Counted from the stretch's first letter, positions 1 through 9,886 are shown. The stretch: 64,000 nucleotides of DNA from an uncultured Pelagibacteraceae bacterium (GCA_902582165.1 CACHQZ010000003.1:19816-83815), one strand, 5' to 3'. Notes: a model not told the origin generated them from the letters alone. A program made the numbers and translations.

Positions 1-354
1 TTCTTCTGTGGCCTTGCAGGTGGAATTATGGGTGGACTAATTGGATATATAGATTCTACTGATGTTGCTTTTGACGGAAGAGAGATGGGAGTATTCATGG
101 TTCTCATGGCAATACTTGGAGGTAAAGGAACTTTATGGGGCCCAGTAATTGGTGCAACTTTATTCCATTTTTTTAAAGAAGGACTTTGGACATTAATTTT
201 AGGCTGGCAGTATGTTGCGCTGGGAGTTTTAATTGTTGTAATCGTAGTTTACTTCCCAGAGGGATTAATGGGTTGGTTGCGAGAAAAATACCCAGAAAGA
301 TTTGGTGAAGTGGTAGATGAAAAAGATCGTAAAGCACAGGTGGAATTAAAATGA
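1..354 (+). CDS. Branched-chain amino acid ABC transporter permease (LivM-like), 5' truncated by window edge
   Basis: Frame is open from position 1 (FFCGLAGGIMGG...). Contains ILGGKGTLWGPVIGA and YFPEGLMG motifs; followed by two ABC ATPases. Confidence 0.85.
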   Translation, partial: FFCGLAGGIMGGLIGYIDSTDVAFDGREMGVFMVLMAILGGKGTLWGPVIGATLFHFFKEGLWTLILGWQYVALGVLIVVIVVYFPEGLMGWLREKYPERFGEVVDEKDRKAQVELK

Positions 355-1085
355 GTATATTACAAGTTAAAAATGTGAGTAAATCTTTTGGCGGTGTCCA
401 AGCAAACGTAGATATTTCTGTTTCGGTAGAGCAAGGATCTATTGTTGGTTTGATTGGTCCTAATGGTTCTGGTAAAACTACTTTATTTAATTCTATTGTA
501 GGAACACATCCTATTGATAAAGGATCAATTGTTTTTGACAATACAGAAGTTTCTGAAATGCCCGTACCAGCAGTCGCTAAACTTGGTTTGTTAAGAACCT
601 TTCAACAAACAAGAATTTATTCAAAACTTAATTGTGTAGAGAATATGCTAATAAGTCACAAAGCTAGTGACTCAGGGTTTATTTTTGCAAAAGTACCTGT
701 TGAACTTACTGAGAAAGCAGAAAATATTTTAAACTTTGTTGGTCTTTATCAAAAAAGAAATTTGAGAGCAGGTGACTTATCATTTGGACAACAAAAATTA
801 CTAGAATTAGCAATGGCTTTGATGAATGAACCTAAAATGCTTTTATTAGACGAGCCTACAGCGGGAATTAATCCAACTTTAATTAACGGAATTATAGATA
901 GATTAATTAAAATTAATAAAGATTATGGAATTACTTTATTAGTCATAGAGCACAATATGAAAGTAATTATGAGTTTAGCTCAAAAAATTTTCTGTTTAGC
1001 GCACGGTAAGATGCTAGCGGAGGGTTCACCAGATCAAATTAAAAATGATAAGCGGGTTGTTGACGCTTATTTAGGAGCACAGTAA
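351..1085 (+). CDS. livG: ABC transporter ATP-binding protein (LivG-like)
   Basis: Walker A GPNGSGKTT, LSFGQQK signature, LLLDEPTAG, C-terminal VVDAYLG. Confidence 0.88.
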   Translation: MSILQVKNVSKSFGGVQANVDISVSVEQGSIVGLIGPNGSGKTTLFNSIVGTHPIDKGSIVFDNTEVSEMPVPAVAKLGLLRTFQQTRIYSKLNCVENMLISHKASDSGFIFAKVPVELTEKAENILNFVGLYQKRNLRAGDLSFGQQKLLELAMALMNEPKMLLLDEPTAGINPTLINGIIDRLIKINKDYGITLLVIEHNMKVIMSLAQKIFCLAHGKMLAEGSPDQIKNDKRVVDAYLGAQ

Positions 1086-1870
1086 TGGCAAATCAATACG
1101 ATGTTTTAGGTAAAGCTCCTGGTTTAGAAGATTTAAATAAATTATCTCCAAGCGATGTTCATCTAACCATTAGAGGCTTAAATGCTGGCTACGGAAAAAT
1201 GGAGATACTACATAATTTTGACTTAACAGTCAGTAAGGCTCAATCGTTGTGCTTAATAGGACCTAATGGTGCAGGAAAATCTACAATTCTTCACTCAATA
1301 TATGGATTTACAAATATTTTTGATGGAAAAATTGAATTAGAGGGAAATGAAATTACGACATTAACTCCTGCCCAGAAACTTAGTAAAGTGGGCATAGCTT
1401 ATATTTTACAAGATAATTCAGTATTTCCTGATATGACAGTTGAGGAAAATCTTTTAATGGGTGGATACATTAAAGATAAACAGGACGAAGCTTATGAGGA
1501 AGCTGAGAGAATTTTTCAAAAATATGAGAGATTAAGAAATAGAAGAAATCAACCTGCAAAAGTTTTATCAGGTGGTGAGAGAAGATTGTTAGAAATTTCA
1601 AGAGCGTTAGTTATGAAACCATCAGTTTTATTAGTAGATGAACCATCAATTGGTTTGGAACCAAAATATATAAATATGGTTTTTGAAATTTTAGAAGATC
1701 TTCAAAAAGCAGAGAAGAAAACGATAATACTTGTAGAACAAAACGCAAAAAAAGGTTTAGAGTTTGCAGATATAGGATACGTTTTAGTATCTGGCCAAAC
1801 AGCTATTGCAGGTAAAGGGGACGATCTTTTAAAAAATCCAGATGTAGGAAGATTATTCCTTGGTGGATGA
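1085..1870 (+). CDS. livF: ABC transporter ATP-binding protein (LivF-like)
   Basis: GPNGAGKST, LSGGERR, LLVDEPSIGL, ILVEQNA, C-terminal LFLGG. Confidence 0.88.
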   Translation: MANQYDVLGKAPGLEDLNKLSPSDVHLTIRGLNAGYGKMEILHNFDLTVSKAQSLCLIGPNGAGKSTILHSIYGFTNIFDGKIELEGNEITTLTPAQKLSKVGIAYILQDNSVFPDMTVEENLLMGGYIKDKQDEAYEEAERIFQKYERLRNRRNQPAKVLSGGERRLLEISRALVMKPSVLLVDEPSIGLEPKYINMVFEILEDLQKAEKKTIILVEQNAKKGLEFADIGYVLVSGQTAIAGKGDDLLKNPDVGRLFLGG

Positions 1871-2571
1871 TTAATTCGAAAGTATTTTTTCAAGGTTTAA
1901 AATCATTAAAAGGTTCTAGAAGTCCAGCAATCCCACTTGCGGCATGTTTTATTGCACTAGGAGCTTTATTAAAAGATGCTGGATTTAATATTCAACAAAG
2001 CGCTGCTTCAAGTTTATTTACTTACGCCTTACCAGGTCAATTAGTAATGGCTGAGTCATTAATAGTTGGCGCTTCCGTATTAAATATTTTTATTGCAGTA
2101 TGGTTAGTAAATTTTAGACTTTATCCAATGACTGTTTCATTGTTTCCACTTTTAAATCATGCTTCTCAGCCTAAATGGAAATATTATTTATCCTGTCATT
2201 TTTTAGCTGTTTCATCTTGGTTAATTGCAAAAGATAGTTATAAAAAAATTAATAAAAAACATAGGATAGATTTTTGGATTGGCATAGGTATCGGCACTTG
2301 GTCAACAGCTGTTTTAATGACTGTGATTGGATATTTAGCAGCAGATTACTTAAATAAAGATATGTTGATAGGCTTAGCAATTGTAAACCCAGTTTATTTT
2401 TTTTGCATGATGATAGGTGCAATGAAAAATTTAAGTATATCTTTGGCTATAATTCTTGGAACAGTATTAGGCCCAGTTATTTATTTAGTTTCTACAGAAT
2501 GGGCTTTACTATTTGCTGGACTAATAGCTGGTACAATCGCTTTTTTATTAGGAGAAAAAAATGGAAAGTAG
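1867..2571 (+). CDS. azlC: AzlC-family branched-chain amino acid exporter subunit
   Basis: Hydrophobic protein with YALPGQLV and LVNFRLYPM motifs; overlaps a small AzlD-like gene. Confidence 0.8.
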   Translation: MINSKVFFQGLKSLKGSRSPAIPLAACFIALGALLKDAGFNIQQSAASSLFTYALPGQLVMAESLIVGASVLNIFIAVWLVNFRLYPMTVSLFPLLNHASQPKWKYYLSCHFLAVSSWLIAKDSYKKINKKHRIDFWIGIGIGTWSTAVLMTVIGYLAADYLNKDMLIGLAIVNPVYFFCMMIGAMKNLSISLAIILGTVLGPVIYLVSTEWALLFAGLIAGTIAFLLGEKNGK

Positions 2572-2881
2572 TCAAATCATAATATTAGCGATCATAGCAA
2601 CATCATTAGCAACTTTCATATCTAGATTTATGGGAGCTTTAACTTCAGAGAAAGTAAGCGTTAAATCAAAAATTTTTCAATGGTTCAACTGCGTTGCATA
2701 TTCAACATTAGCTGCTCTATTGGGCAGAATGATAATATTTCCTGCGGGGGTTCTAGCAGAGTCGGATGTTATTATTAGAGTAGTAGTAGTTTTTATATGT
2801 GTAATAATTTTTATAATATCTAAAAAAAATTTAGTAATTCCTACAGTTTTTTCAGCAATTCTCCTAAGTATATTGAGTTAA
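2561..2881 (+). CDS. azlD: AzlD-family membrane protein
   Basis: 106 aa, TFISRFMG and CVAYSTLAAL motifs, downstream of azlC. Confidence 0.7.
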   Translation: MESSQIIILAIIATSLATFISRFMGALTSEKVSVKSKIFQWFNCVAYSTLAALLGRMIIFPAGVLAESDVIIRVVVVFICVIIFIISKKNLVIPTVFSAILLSILS

Positions 2882-2940
2882 TTTTTGTATTGATCGTTTT
2901 GGGCCATTTGTTTATAAAAAAAATAACAAAAATAAAAAAA

Positions 2941-3825
2941 ATGATTAGAATTTTTATTACATGCTTTATTGCATTATCTCTTGGTGTAAATGCTTACGCT
3001 GATGTTAAAAGCTCATTACTTGAAAAAGCTTCATCAAAAGTATCATCAACGGTATCTAATTTAATACCTGGAGAAGGGCTAACAGAGGTTGATATTAGTT
3101 ACAGAGAAAATCTGGATAACAATATTGAAATTAATATTTTGGGGGTTCGAGATATTTTATCAGGAGAAAATTCAAATTTATTTACCCAATTTAGTTTGCA
3201 TAACCAAGAAATTAATAATGATGATAGAATTATAGGTAATTTAGGTTTTGGTTATAGATTTTTGAACTCTGATCAATCCATGATGTTTGGAGCAAATACT
3301 TTTTATGATCAGGATTTATCTGAGAACCACAAAAGAGTTGGTTTTGGTTTAGAAGCTAAAGCTTCTATGTTAAATTTTAATTATAATCAGTACCAAAAAG
3401 CGACCAATCAAAAAATAATTAATGCGACAGCTGAACAAATTTTAAGTGGCAGTGATTACAATATTAACTCACAAATTCCTTATATGCCATGGACGACATT
3501 TAACTTTCAAGGATATAGACATGAAAATGAAAAAGCTGCTCAAGATACAAAGGGTAATAAATATTCTTTAGAGATGGCGTTAACTCCTTCATTACAACTT
3601 GATATTTTATTAGATGACTCTAGTCTTGGAGGAGTTGAAGATGAATATACTACAAAATTAACTTTTACTCATCCACCAAGTAATAAGCCAAGCTTGTCAG
3701 ACGGCGTTATTGATGAAGTAGCTTTTGTTAAACAGAACATGAAAGATAAATTAAAAGAAAAAGTGAGAAGAAATAATAATTTAGCAGTAGAAATTCAAGG
3801 ATCGATTATAGTAACCAGTAAATAA
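2941..3825 (+). CDS. Inverse autotransporter (intimin/invasin) beta-domain protein without passenger
   Basis: Signal peptide from ATG 2941 (MIRIFITC...AYA). Motifs GNLGFGYRF, FGANTFYDQD, KRVGFGLE and terminal KVRRNNNLAVE resemble the intimin beta-barrel and linker. Confidence 0.75.
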   Translation: MIRIFITCFIALSLGVNAYADVKSSLLEKASSKVSSTVSNLIPGEGLTEVDISYRENLDNNIEINILGVRDILSGENSNLFTQFSLHNQEINNDDRIIGNLGFGYRFLNSDQSMMFGANTFYDQDLSENHKRVGFGLEAKASMLNFNYNQYQKATNQKIINATAEQILSGSDYNINSQIPYMPWTTFNFQGYRHENEKAAQDTKGNKYSLEMALTPSLQLDILLDDSSLGGVEDEYTTKLTFTHPPSNKPSLSDGVIDEVAFVKQNMKDKLKEKVRRNNNLAVEIQGSIIVTSK

Positions 3826-3827
3826 TT

Positions 3828-4556
3828 ATGAATATATTTAAGATTTTAATAATATTGTTTTTAACAACTTTTTTATCAAGCAAAGCTTTTGCTGCGAAAG
3901 GTGAGGCTACGGTTTACAAAGTAACAATTACAAAGATTGAAATGTGTGACTCTACTAGTACTGCTAGCTCTTGTAACGGAGCAGCAACGGTTTTTTCTGG
4001 TGACTCAGGGCCAATCGATATTGCATCTACGACAGCTGGAGAATCAGCAGCAGGACTTGGAAATCTGAGTGGGGCTAAAATAGGAGAAACTTATTCTTAT
4101 GTGCAAGTCACTATGAAAAGAGCAATGACAGTCAAAGGATCAGCTAAAGATGGGGCAGGAACTACATGTGTTACCGCAGAAGATGGAACAAATGCCCTTG
4201 CAGCTGAAGGTGCTGCTAGTTCAGAAACCCCCGCAGAAGTAACTCTTTTCGCAGCATTCGTTGGAGATGCAAGTGATGGACTACCATTAAACATGAATTC
4301 AGTTGATGATGCTACCGGATCAGGTCCAGACCCAGCAGGAACAATTGCTAATGAACATGATTTTTTTCAATACAGAAATGAATTAACCGCACCAATTACT
4401 CTTAAAGCAGGAAGTTTACCAAGTGTCAAAATTGCTTTTGGAACTTCACAAGCTGTTGAAGCGGTAGGTAACATGGGTAACTGCACTCAAAACATAGCTG
4501 CACAAGTAGGTTTTATAGCTGCAGAACCAGATATTACTATTACAATAACTAACTAA
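3828..4556 (+). CDS. Secreted Ala/Gly/Thr/Ser-rich hypothetical protein
   Basis: Signal peptide ending AFA; 4 Cys; beta-strand-like alternating segments; starts 2 bp after the beta-barrel gene. Confidence 0.75.
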   Translation: MNIFKILIILFLTTFLSSKAFAAKGEATVYKVTITKIEMCDSTSTASSCNGAATVFSGDSGPIDIASTTAGESAAGLGNLSGAKIGETYSYVQVTMKRAMTVKGSAKDGAGTTCVTAEDGTNALAAEGAASSETPAEVTLFAAFVGDASDGLPLNMNSVDDATGSGPDPAGTIANEHDFFQYRNELTAPITLKAGSLPSVKIAFGTSQAVEAVGNMGNCTQNIAAQVGFIAAEPDITITITN

Positions 4557-4638
4557 AAGACAACGAGTCCTATTTTTTTTGCTATATTTTTGAGTTTTTT
4601 GAGTTCAGTATAGAAATATATTATAATAAATTTACTTA

Positions 4639-4695
4639 ATGGAACCAATATTATTAGTTTTTATTGTTTTATGGATTATGGGAATTTCAGAGTAA
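4639..4695 (+). CDS. Putative 18-aa hydrophobic peptide MEPILLVFIVLWIMGISE
   Basis: Manual translation. TATAAT at 4622-4627 upstream; stop lies 5 bp before the glaH ATG. Confidence 0.35.
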   Translation: MEPILLVFIVLWIMGISE

Positions 4696-4700
4696 ATTAG

Positions 4701-5597
4701 ATGAGCTTTGCTGTTGCAGATCATATTAATTCTAAGAGAGTACGCGTAATTAAATTAAATGAAAGTGACCTAGATAGGTTAATTTTTCCTTTTAAGAAAC
4801 ATTCAATTTTATCTTTAGAATACAAACCATTTTCTAGATTTAGCTTGGCAAAAAGCTTAGATGAGGTTTTCCAAAATAAACTAAGTAAAACTTTAAGTGA
4901 AATTCTTAATAATCGAAAAACTGGGACTGCCATCGTTGAGCCTGATATTAAAAATAAGAAATTTGATAAAGATTTTTTAGTCAAGCTTTCTACGGGTCTT
5001 GCTTATCTAATTGGCAATCCTAATTTTGACTCGATGACAGGTAAATACTATGCAAGATTTCATGTAAAGCATCAAGATAGTAGCGACTCTTATCTTAGAA
5101 AAGCCTATACAAATTTAGATCTTCATACGGATGGAACATATGTAAAAGAGAAAACTGATTGGATTATAATGACAAAAATGGAAGAACAGAATGTCGGTGG
5201 AGGAGAAAGTGTAATTTTACATTTAGATGACTGGGAACACTTGGAAGATTTAAGTAATGATCCTGTTGGTCAAGAAGATTTTGTATGGGGATCGCCGAAA
5301 AGCAAGAATGTTGATTATAAAGTTGAACATCCTGTATTTTCAAAAGATAAAAATGGCAAGCCAGTTATTTCCTATATTGATCAATTTCCTGAACCAAAAA
5401 ATATGAAACAAGGTTTATTTTTGCAAAAATTATCAGATGCTTTAGAACAAAGTAAAAATAAAATAAGCTTTCCTTTGCCTGTTGGATCGACAATTTTCTC
5501 TAATAACTATTTTTGGTTGCATGGAAGAAAAGCTTTTAAAGAGCATTCTGGGTTATCTAGAGAATTATTGAGAATTCGAGGAACCTTTTTCAACTAA
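4701..5597 (+). CDS. glaH: Glutarate 2-hydroxylase GlaH/CsiD (Fe(II)/2-oxoglutarate dioxygenase)
   Basis: LEYKPFSRF, YYARF..DSSDSYLRKAY..LHTDGTYV, FWLHGR, LSRELLRIRG match CsiD. Confidence 0.9.
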   Translation: MSFAVADHINSKRVRVIKLNESDLDRLIFPFKKHSILSLEYKPFSRFSLAKSLDEVFQNKLSKTLSEILNNRKTGTAIVEPDIKNKKFDKDFLVKLSTGLAYLIGNPNFDSMTGKYYARFHVKHQDSSDSYLRKAYTNLDLHTDGTYVKEKTDWIIMTKMEEQNVGGGESVILHLDDWEHLEDLSNDPVGQEDFVWGSPKSKNVDYKVEHPVFSKDKNGKPVISYIDQFPEPKNMKQGLFLQKLSDALEQSKNKISFPLPVGSTIFSNNYFWLHGRKAFKEHSGLSRELLRIRGTFFN

Positions 5598-5604
5598 TAC
5601 ATAG

Positions 5605-5633
5605 TTGACTCTAGAATAGATATTTATTTTAAT
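5605..5633 (+). promoter_or_regulatory. Sigma70-like promoter for tctC
   Basis: TTGACT-N17-TTTAAT upstream of an AGGGGG RBS and ATG 5664. Confidence 0.45.
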
Positions 5634-5663
5634 AAGCATAATTAATAAACACAGGGGGAAATA

Positions 5664-6656
5664 ATGTTTAATAAGTTCAAAAAACTTATCAGCCTAGTTT
5701 TCGCAACTGTTCTTTTAACTTCAGTTTCAAACTCATCTTTCGCTGCTGACAAATTACACTTTGTAATTGGTGGTGGTGCTGGTGGTGGTTGGGATGGAAC
5801 TGCTAGAGGGACTGGCGAAGCTTTAACTAAAGCTGGTTTTTTAAATAGTGCATCATTTGAGAATATGTCGGGTGGTGGTGGAGGAAAAGCTTTATCATAC
5901 ATGATAAATACTAAACCTTCAGATACGATTTTAGTTCAATCTACTCCATTAGTTCTTAGATCAATAACTAGACACTCAGGTTATGTAGATAAAAAGAATG
6001 CAGCTAAGGTTACATCTTATAAAGATGTTGTGCCAATAGCTGGCGTTATTGGTGATTATGGTGCAATCGTTGCTGCCAAAAATTCACCTTATAACTCTTG
6101 GAAAGATGTAGTTGCTGCTTACAAAGCTAATCCAAAATCAGTAAAAATGGCTGGTGGATCTGTTAGAGGTAGTATGGACCATTTAATTGGTGCTTTAGCC
6201 TTTAAAGAAGCAGGCGCTAATCCAAATGATGTTGTTTACATTCCTTATGATGCTGGTGGTAAAGCGCTAGCAGGGCTTTTATCTGGCGAAACTCAAATTC
6301 TTTCAACTGGTTTGGGAGAAGTTATGGGTGCAAGAGATCAAGTTAAAATACTTGGCATCACAGCTCCAAAAAGAGTAGCTGATGCTCCAGATGTTCCAAC
6401 TTTAAAAGAGCAAGGAACAAACGCAATCTTCGTTAATTGGAGAGGTTTCTTTGGTCCTCCAGGAATGAGTGATGGTGAAAGAAAGAAAATTGCTAAAATG
6501 TTGGGTGATGTACAAAAAACACCTGAGTGGGAAGCAGTAAGAAAAAGAAATGCTTGGGTAAACATTTATAACCCAGACAAAAAATTCGTTAAATTTTTAG
6601 AGAAGCAAACAGTCGAAATGACTGGCTTGTTAAAAAATTTAGGCGTAATTAAATAG
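5664..6656 (+). CDS. tctC: Tripartite tricarboxylate transporter substrate-binding protein
   Basis: Signal peptide, GGAGGGWDGTAR, ENMSGGGG, DVPTLKEQG, NWRGFFGPPG. Confidence 0.92.
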   Translation: MFNKFKKLISLVFATVLLTSVSNSSFAADKLHFVIGGGAGGGWDGTARGTGEALTKAGFLNSASFENMSGGGGGKALSYMINTKPSDTILVQSTPLVLRSITRHSGYVDKKNAAKVTSYKDVVPIAGVIGDYGAIVAAKNSPYNSWKDVVAAYKANPKSVKMAGGSVRGSMDHLIGALAFKEAGANPNDVVYIPYDAGGKALAGLLSGETQILSTGLGEVMGARDQVKILGITAPKRVADAPDVPTLKEQGTNAIFVNWRGFFGPPGMSDGERKKIAKMLGDVQKTPEWEAVRKRNAWVNIYNPDKKFVKFLEKQTVEMTGLLKNLGVIK

Positions 6657-6674
6657 ATAGTTAAGGAAAGAGCA

Positions 6675-7145
6675 GTGAAAATAAGTCCTTCAAAGATTAT
6701 TTCACTGCTCTTTTTTATTTTTTCAGGTTTTTATCTTTATACAGCACATCAAATACAAGTTTTTACTTTTGATGAAAATGCAGCTTTCAATGCAAAAACG
6801 TTTCCAATTTACCTAGGCTATGCAGGTTTAATATTATCAGCTCTTTATATTATTTTACCAGAAACAAGACCTTCAAATGTAGATTTAACAATTTTAAATT
6901 ATAAAAAAACAATCATATTGGTTGTACTAATGGTTTTGTATGGTCTAACAATTTTGAGATTAGGATATTTTTTATCTACTTCTATTTTTTTAGTTTTATC
7001 TTATATCGTTTTAGGTGAGAGGAGGTGGTTATGGATATTTCTTTTATCATTTCCTTTTGTAGCAATATTTATGTATCTCCTTCATGGACTATTGAATATT
7101 TATCTTCGTGATCCATTTTTACAATATATAGGAATTATGGGATGA
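6675..7145 (+). CDS. tctB: TTT small membrane subunit
   Basis: Four-TM protein between tctC and tctA; GTG start. Confidence 0.85.
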   Translation: MKISPSKIISLLFFIFSGFYLYTAHQIQVFTFDENAAFNAKTFPIYLGYAGLILSALYIILPETRPSNVDLTILNYKKTIILVVLMVLYGLTILRLGYFLSTSIFLVLSYIVLGERRWLWIFLLSFPFVAIFMYLLHGLLNIYLRDPFLQYIGIMG

Positions 7146-8644
7146 TCGAAGGTATACTCATTGGATTAGAAACAGCTTTTTCAATTAAAAATTTAATGAT
7201 GGTTATGATTGGCTGTTTTGCTGGAACAATCATTGGAATGCTCCCAGGTTTAGGACCAATGACTGCCATAGCCTTAATGATCCCAATTACTTATGGTTTC
7301 GAACCATCAACTGGGTTAATATTAATGGCTGGTGTTTATTACGGAGCAGTTTTTGGAGGATCAACATCGTCAATATTAATTAATGCTCCTGGAATACCCG
7401 GAACTGTTGCAACTTCATTTGATGGTTATCCCATGGCACAACAGGGTAAAGCAGGCAAAGCTTTAGCTATCGCAGCGTATAGCTCATTTGCTGGTGGCAC
7501 AATAGCTGCAATATTTCTATTAGTGGCTGCTCCAAGCTTGTCTAAAGTAAGTTTAGCTTTTAGATCTCCAGATTATTTTGGTTTAATGATTTTAGGTCTG
7601 ACCGCAGTGTCAGCCTTTTCAGCGAAAGGTCACTTTTTAAAAGCTATGATGATGGTGGTTCTTGGATTAATGCTAGCAAGTGTAGGACAAGATACACTTT
7701 CAGATATTCCAAGATTTACATTTCAAAATATGAACTTATCAGATGGAATAAGTTTCGTGTTAGTCGTTATGGCCACGTTTGCAATGAGTGAAGCTTTAAC
7801 TATTATTTTTAAAGCAAACGATCCAACTAGAATAGCTAAACAAATTTCATTATCACAGTTAGGTTCGATTAAACTTGATAAAGATGAAACAAAAAAAATG
7901 ATTACAACAATTCCTAGGTCATCAGTTTTAGGTTTTATTATTGGAGTTTTGCCTGGTGCTGGGTCAACAATTGCCTCATTTTTAGCTTACGGAATGGAAA
8001 GAAATTTTGTCAATGATGATGAGAAACAAAAGTTTGGTAAAGGAAGTGTAAATGGACTAGCTGCGCCAGAAACTGCTAATAATGCTGCATGCTCAGGTTC
8101 TTTTGTGCCGCTACTCACTTTGGGTATACCTGGAAGTGGAACAACAGCGGTGATGCTAGGTGCGTTATTAGGTTTTGGAATCCAACCTGGACCAAGACTA
8201 TATCAAACTAACCCTGAAATTTTTTGGTCGGTAATAATGTCAATGTATATTGGAATGGTTATACTATTGATTTTAAATCTACCACTAATACCTTATATTG
8301 CTAGAGTTTTAGCTACTCCTAGAACTTTCTTAATACCATTAATTTTATTTTTTTCAGTTACCGGAATTTATTTAATGTCATTTAATAACTTTGATATTTA
8401 TATGATGATTGGAATAGCAGTTGTTGCAACTATTCTTCGTTTGTATGATTTTCCAATGCCACCATTGATACTAGCATTTGTTCTTGGCGGGTTAATGGAA
8501 GAAAACCTAAGAAGATCACTTTTAATAAGTGATGGCTCATGGTCATTCTTGTGGGACAGGCCATTAACTTTTATGATTATGCTGACAATTTTAGTCATTA
8601 TTTTTTGGCAAATCTCTAGAATGTTTAAGGCTAAAAAGAATTGA
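7142..8644 (+). CDS. tctA: TTT large permease
   Basis: GMLPGLGP, DGYPMAQQG, APETANNA, LTLGIPGS. Confidence 0.93.
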   Translation: MIEGILIGLETAFSIKNLMMVMIGCFAGTIIGMLPGLGPMTAIALMIPITYGFEPSTGLILMAGVYYGAVFGGSTSSILINAPGIPGTVATSFDGYPMAQQGKAGKALAIAAYSSFAGGTIAAIFLLVAAPSLSKVSLAFRSPDYFGLMILGLTAVSAFSAKGHFLKAMMMVVLGLMLASVGQDTLSDIPRFTFQNMNLSDGISFVLVVMATFAMSEALTIIFKANDPTRIAKQISLSQLGSIKLDKDETKKMITTIPRSSVLGFIIGVLPGAGSTIASFLAYGMERNFVNDDEKQKFGKGSVNGLAAPETANNAACSGSFVPLLTLGIPGSGTTAVMLGALLGFGIQPGPRLYQTNPEIFWSVIMSMYIGMVILLILNLPLIPYIARVLATPRTFLIPLILFFSVTGIYLMSFNNFDIYMMIGIAVVATILRLYDFPMPPLILAFVLGGLMEENLRRSLLISDGSWSFLWDRPLTFMIMLTILVIIFWQISRMFKAKKN

Positions 8645-8787
8645 TGTGTGTCTATTTTGCAACAAAAAAATGCCAAAATACCTTGTTTTTTTAAACAATC
8701 TGTAATTGATTTAAAATATATACTTGTTTTTGTGGGTTTTATGGGCAATATGCCTACAACGTTAATTTAATTAAATTAAGGAACAAA

Positions 8788-9444
8788 ATGAAAAAGATAA
8801 TAACACTAACTTTCGCTCTGATGATAGCTTTCGCAACTCAGTCATATGCTGAAATGCGATTTGGAATTTCTGCTGCAATAACAGAAATCGATGCTTCAGG
8901 TACAGAGACAGAGGGTGGAGAAAAAACAAATGGATCCGCAGATAACTCGGTCCTAATCCCATCAGTGTTTGCAGAGTATGTATACAGTGATCAATTATCT
9001 ATTGGTCTTGACTTCATTCCTATGACAGCTGACGTAAGTAATAAAGCGAAAAATAGAAATGACGTTGAAACATCTGTAACAAGTAATACTAAATCAACAA
9101 CTACTGCTAGAGAACAAAAAGCTAATGCTTCTCTAAAAAATCATTTAACATTATACGGTAATTACAAGCTCGGTGATGCTTTTTACTTAAAAGCTGGTAT
9201 CGCAGCTGTAACCCTAGAGACAGACGAGTCATTAGGAACTGGATCTAAATACGGAAACGAAGATATTTTCGGTGGTGTAATTGGTTTCGGTATGGAACAA
9301 GATGGTTTCAGAGTAGAGTTGGCATACACAGACTATGAGGATATATCTTTAACATCATCTGTTGCGAGAGCAGGTGTAACGACAAATAACAAAATCGATG
9401 CAGAATTAGATACTTTTGCGTTAAAACTTTCTTATTTGTTTTAA
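8788..9444 (+). CDS. Outer-membrane beta-barrel protein (small porin/OmpA-TM-like)
   Basis: Signal peptide (SYA), amphipathic strands, terminal LKLSYLF BAM-type signal. Confidence 0.75.
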   Translation: MKKIITLTFALMIAFATQSYAEMRFGISAAITEIDASGTETEGGEKTNGSADNSVLIPSVFAEYVYSDQLSIGLDFIPMTADVSNKAKNRNDVETSVTSNTKSTTTAREQKANASLKNHLTLYGNYKLGDAFYLKAGIAAVTLETDESLGTGSKYGNEDIFGGVIGFGMEQDGFRVELAYTDYEDISLTSSVARAGVTTNNKIDAELDTFALKLSYLF

Positions 9445-9462
9445 TAGTTTAAAGAAAAATTT

Positions 9463-9500
9463 AAAAAAACCCGCAATCTAAAAAACTGCGGGTTTTTTTT
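9463..9500. terminator. Bidirectional intrinsic terminator
   Basis: AAAAAAACCCGCA-loop-TGCGGGTTTTTTT between convergent genes. Confidence 0.85.
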
Positions 9501-9886
9501 TATAATCGAACATACTTCTTCTTTTTTTCGACTGACCAATCTTTTGTTCCATTCACAAGTATAAAAAGAAAACCTCCAGCTAAACCAATATTTTTTAAAA
9601 AAGAAATTAATTGCATCTGATCAGAAAAATCAAAGTGAAACACAAATGCAGTAACCAGGCAAAAACTAGCAAGGATACCCGAAGAAACTTTTGCGTTGTA
9701 GCCAATTATTACTAAAATAGGTAAAATAATTTCTATTAATAAAGCTGGATAAATTAAAAAACCTGGCACTCCATAACCCTCCATCCAGCCCATTGTTCCA
9801 TTAATATTAAGTAACTTACTAAAAGCTGAAAATAAAAATAAAGATGAAATCAAAATTCTTCCAATTAAATCAAGCAGATTAATCAT
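9500..9886 (-). CDS. DoxX family membrane protein
   Basis: GRILISSLF and FLKNIGLAGGFL motifs. Confidence 0.85.
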   Translation of the reverse strand: MINLLDLIGRILISSLFLFSAFSKLLNINGTMGWMEGYGVPGFLIYPALLIEIILPILVIIGYNAKVSSGILASFCLVTAFVFHFDFSDQMQLISFLKNIGLAGGFLFILVNGTKDWSVEKKKKYVRL

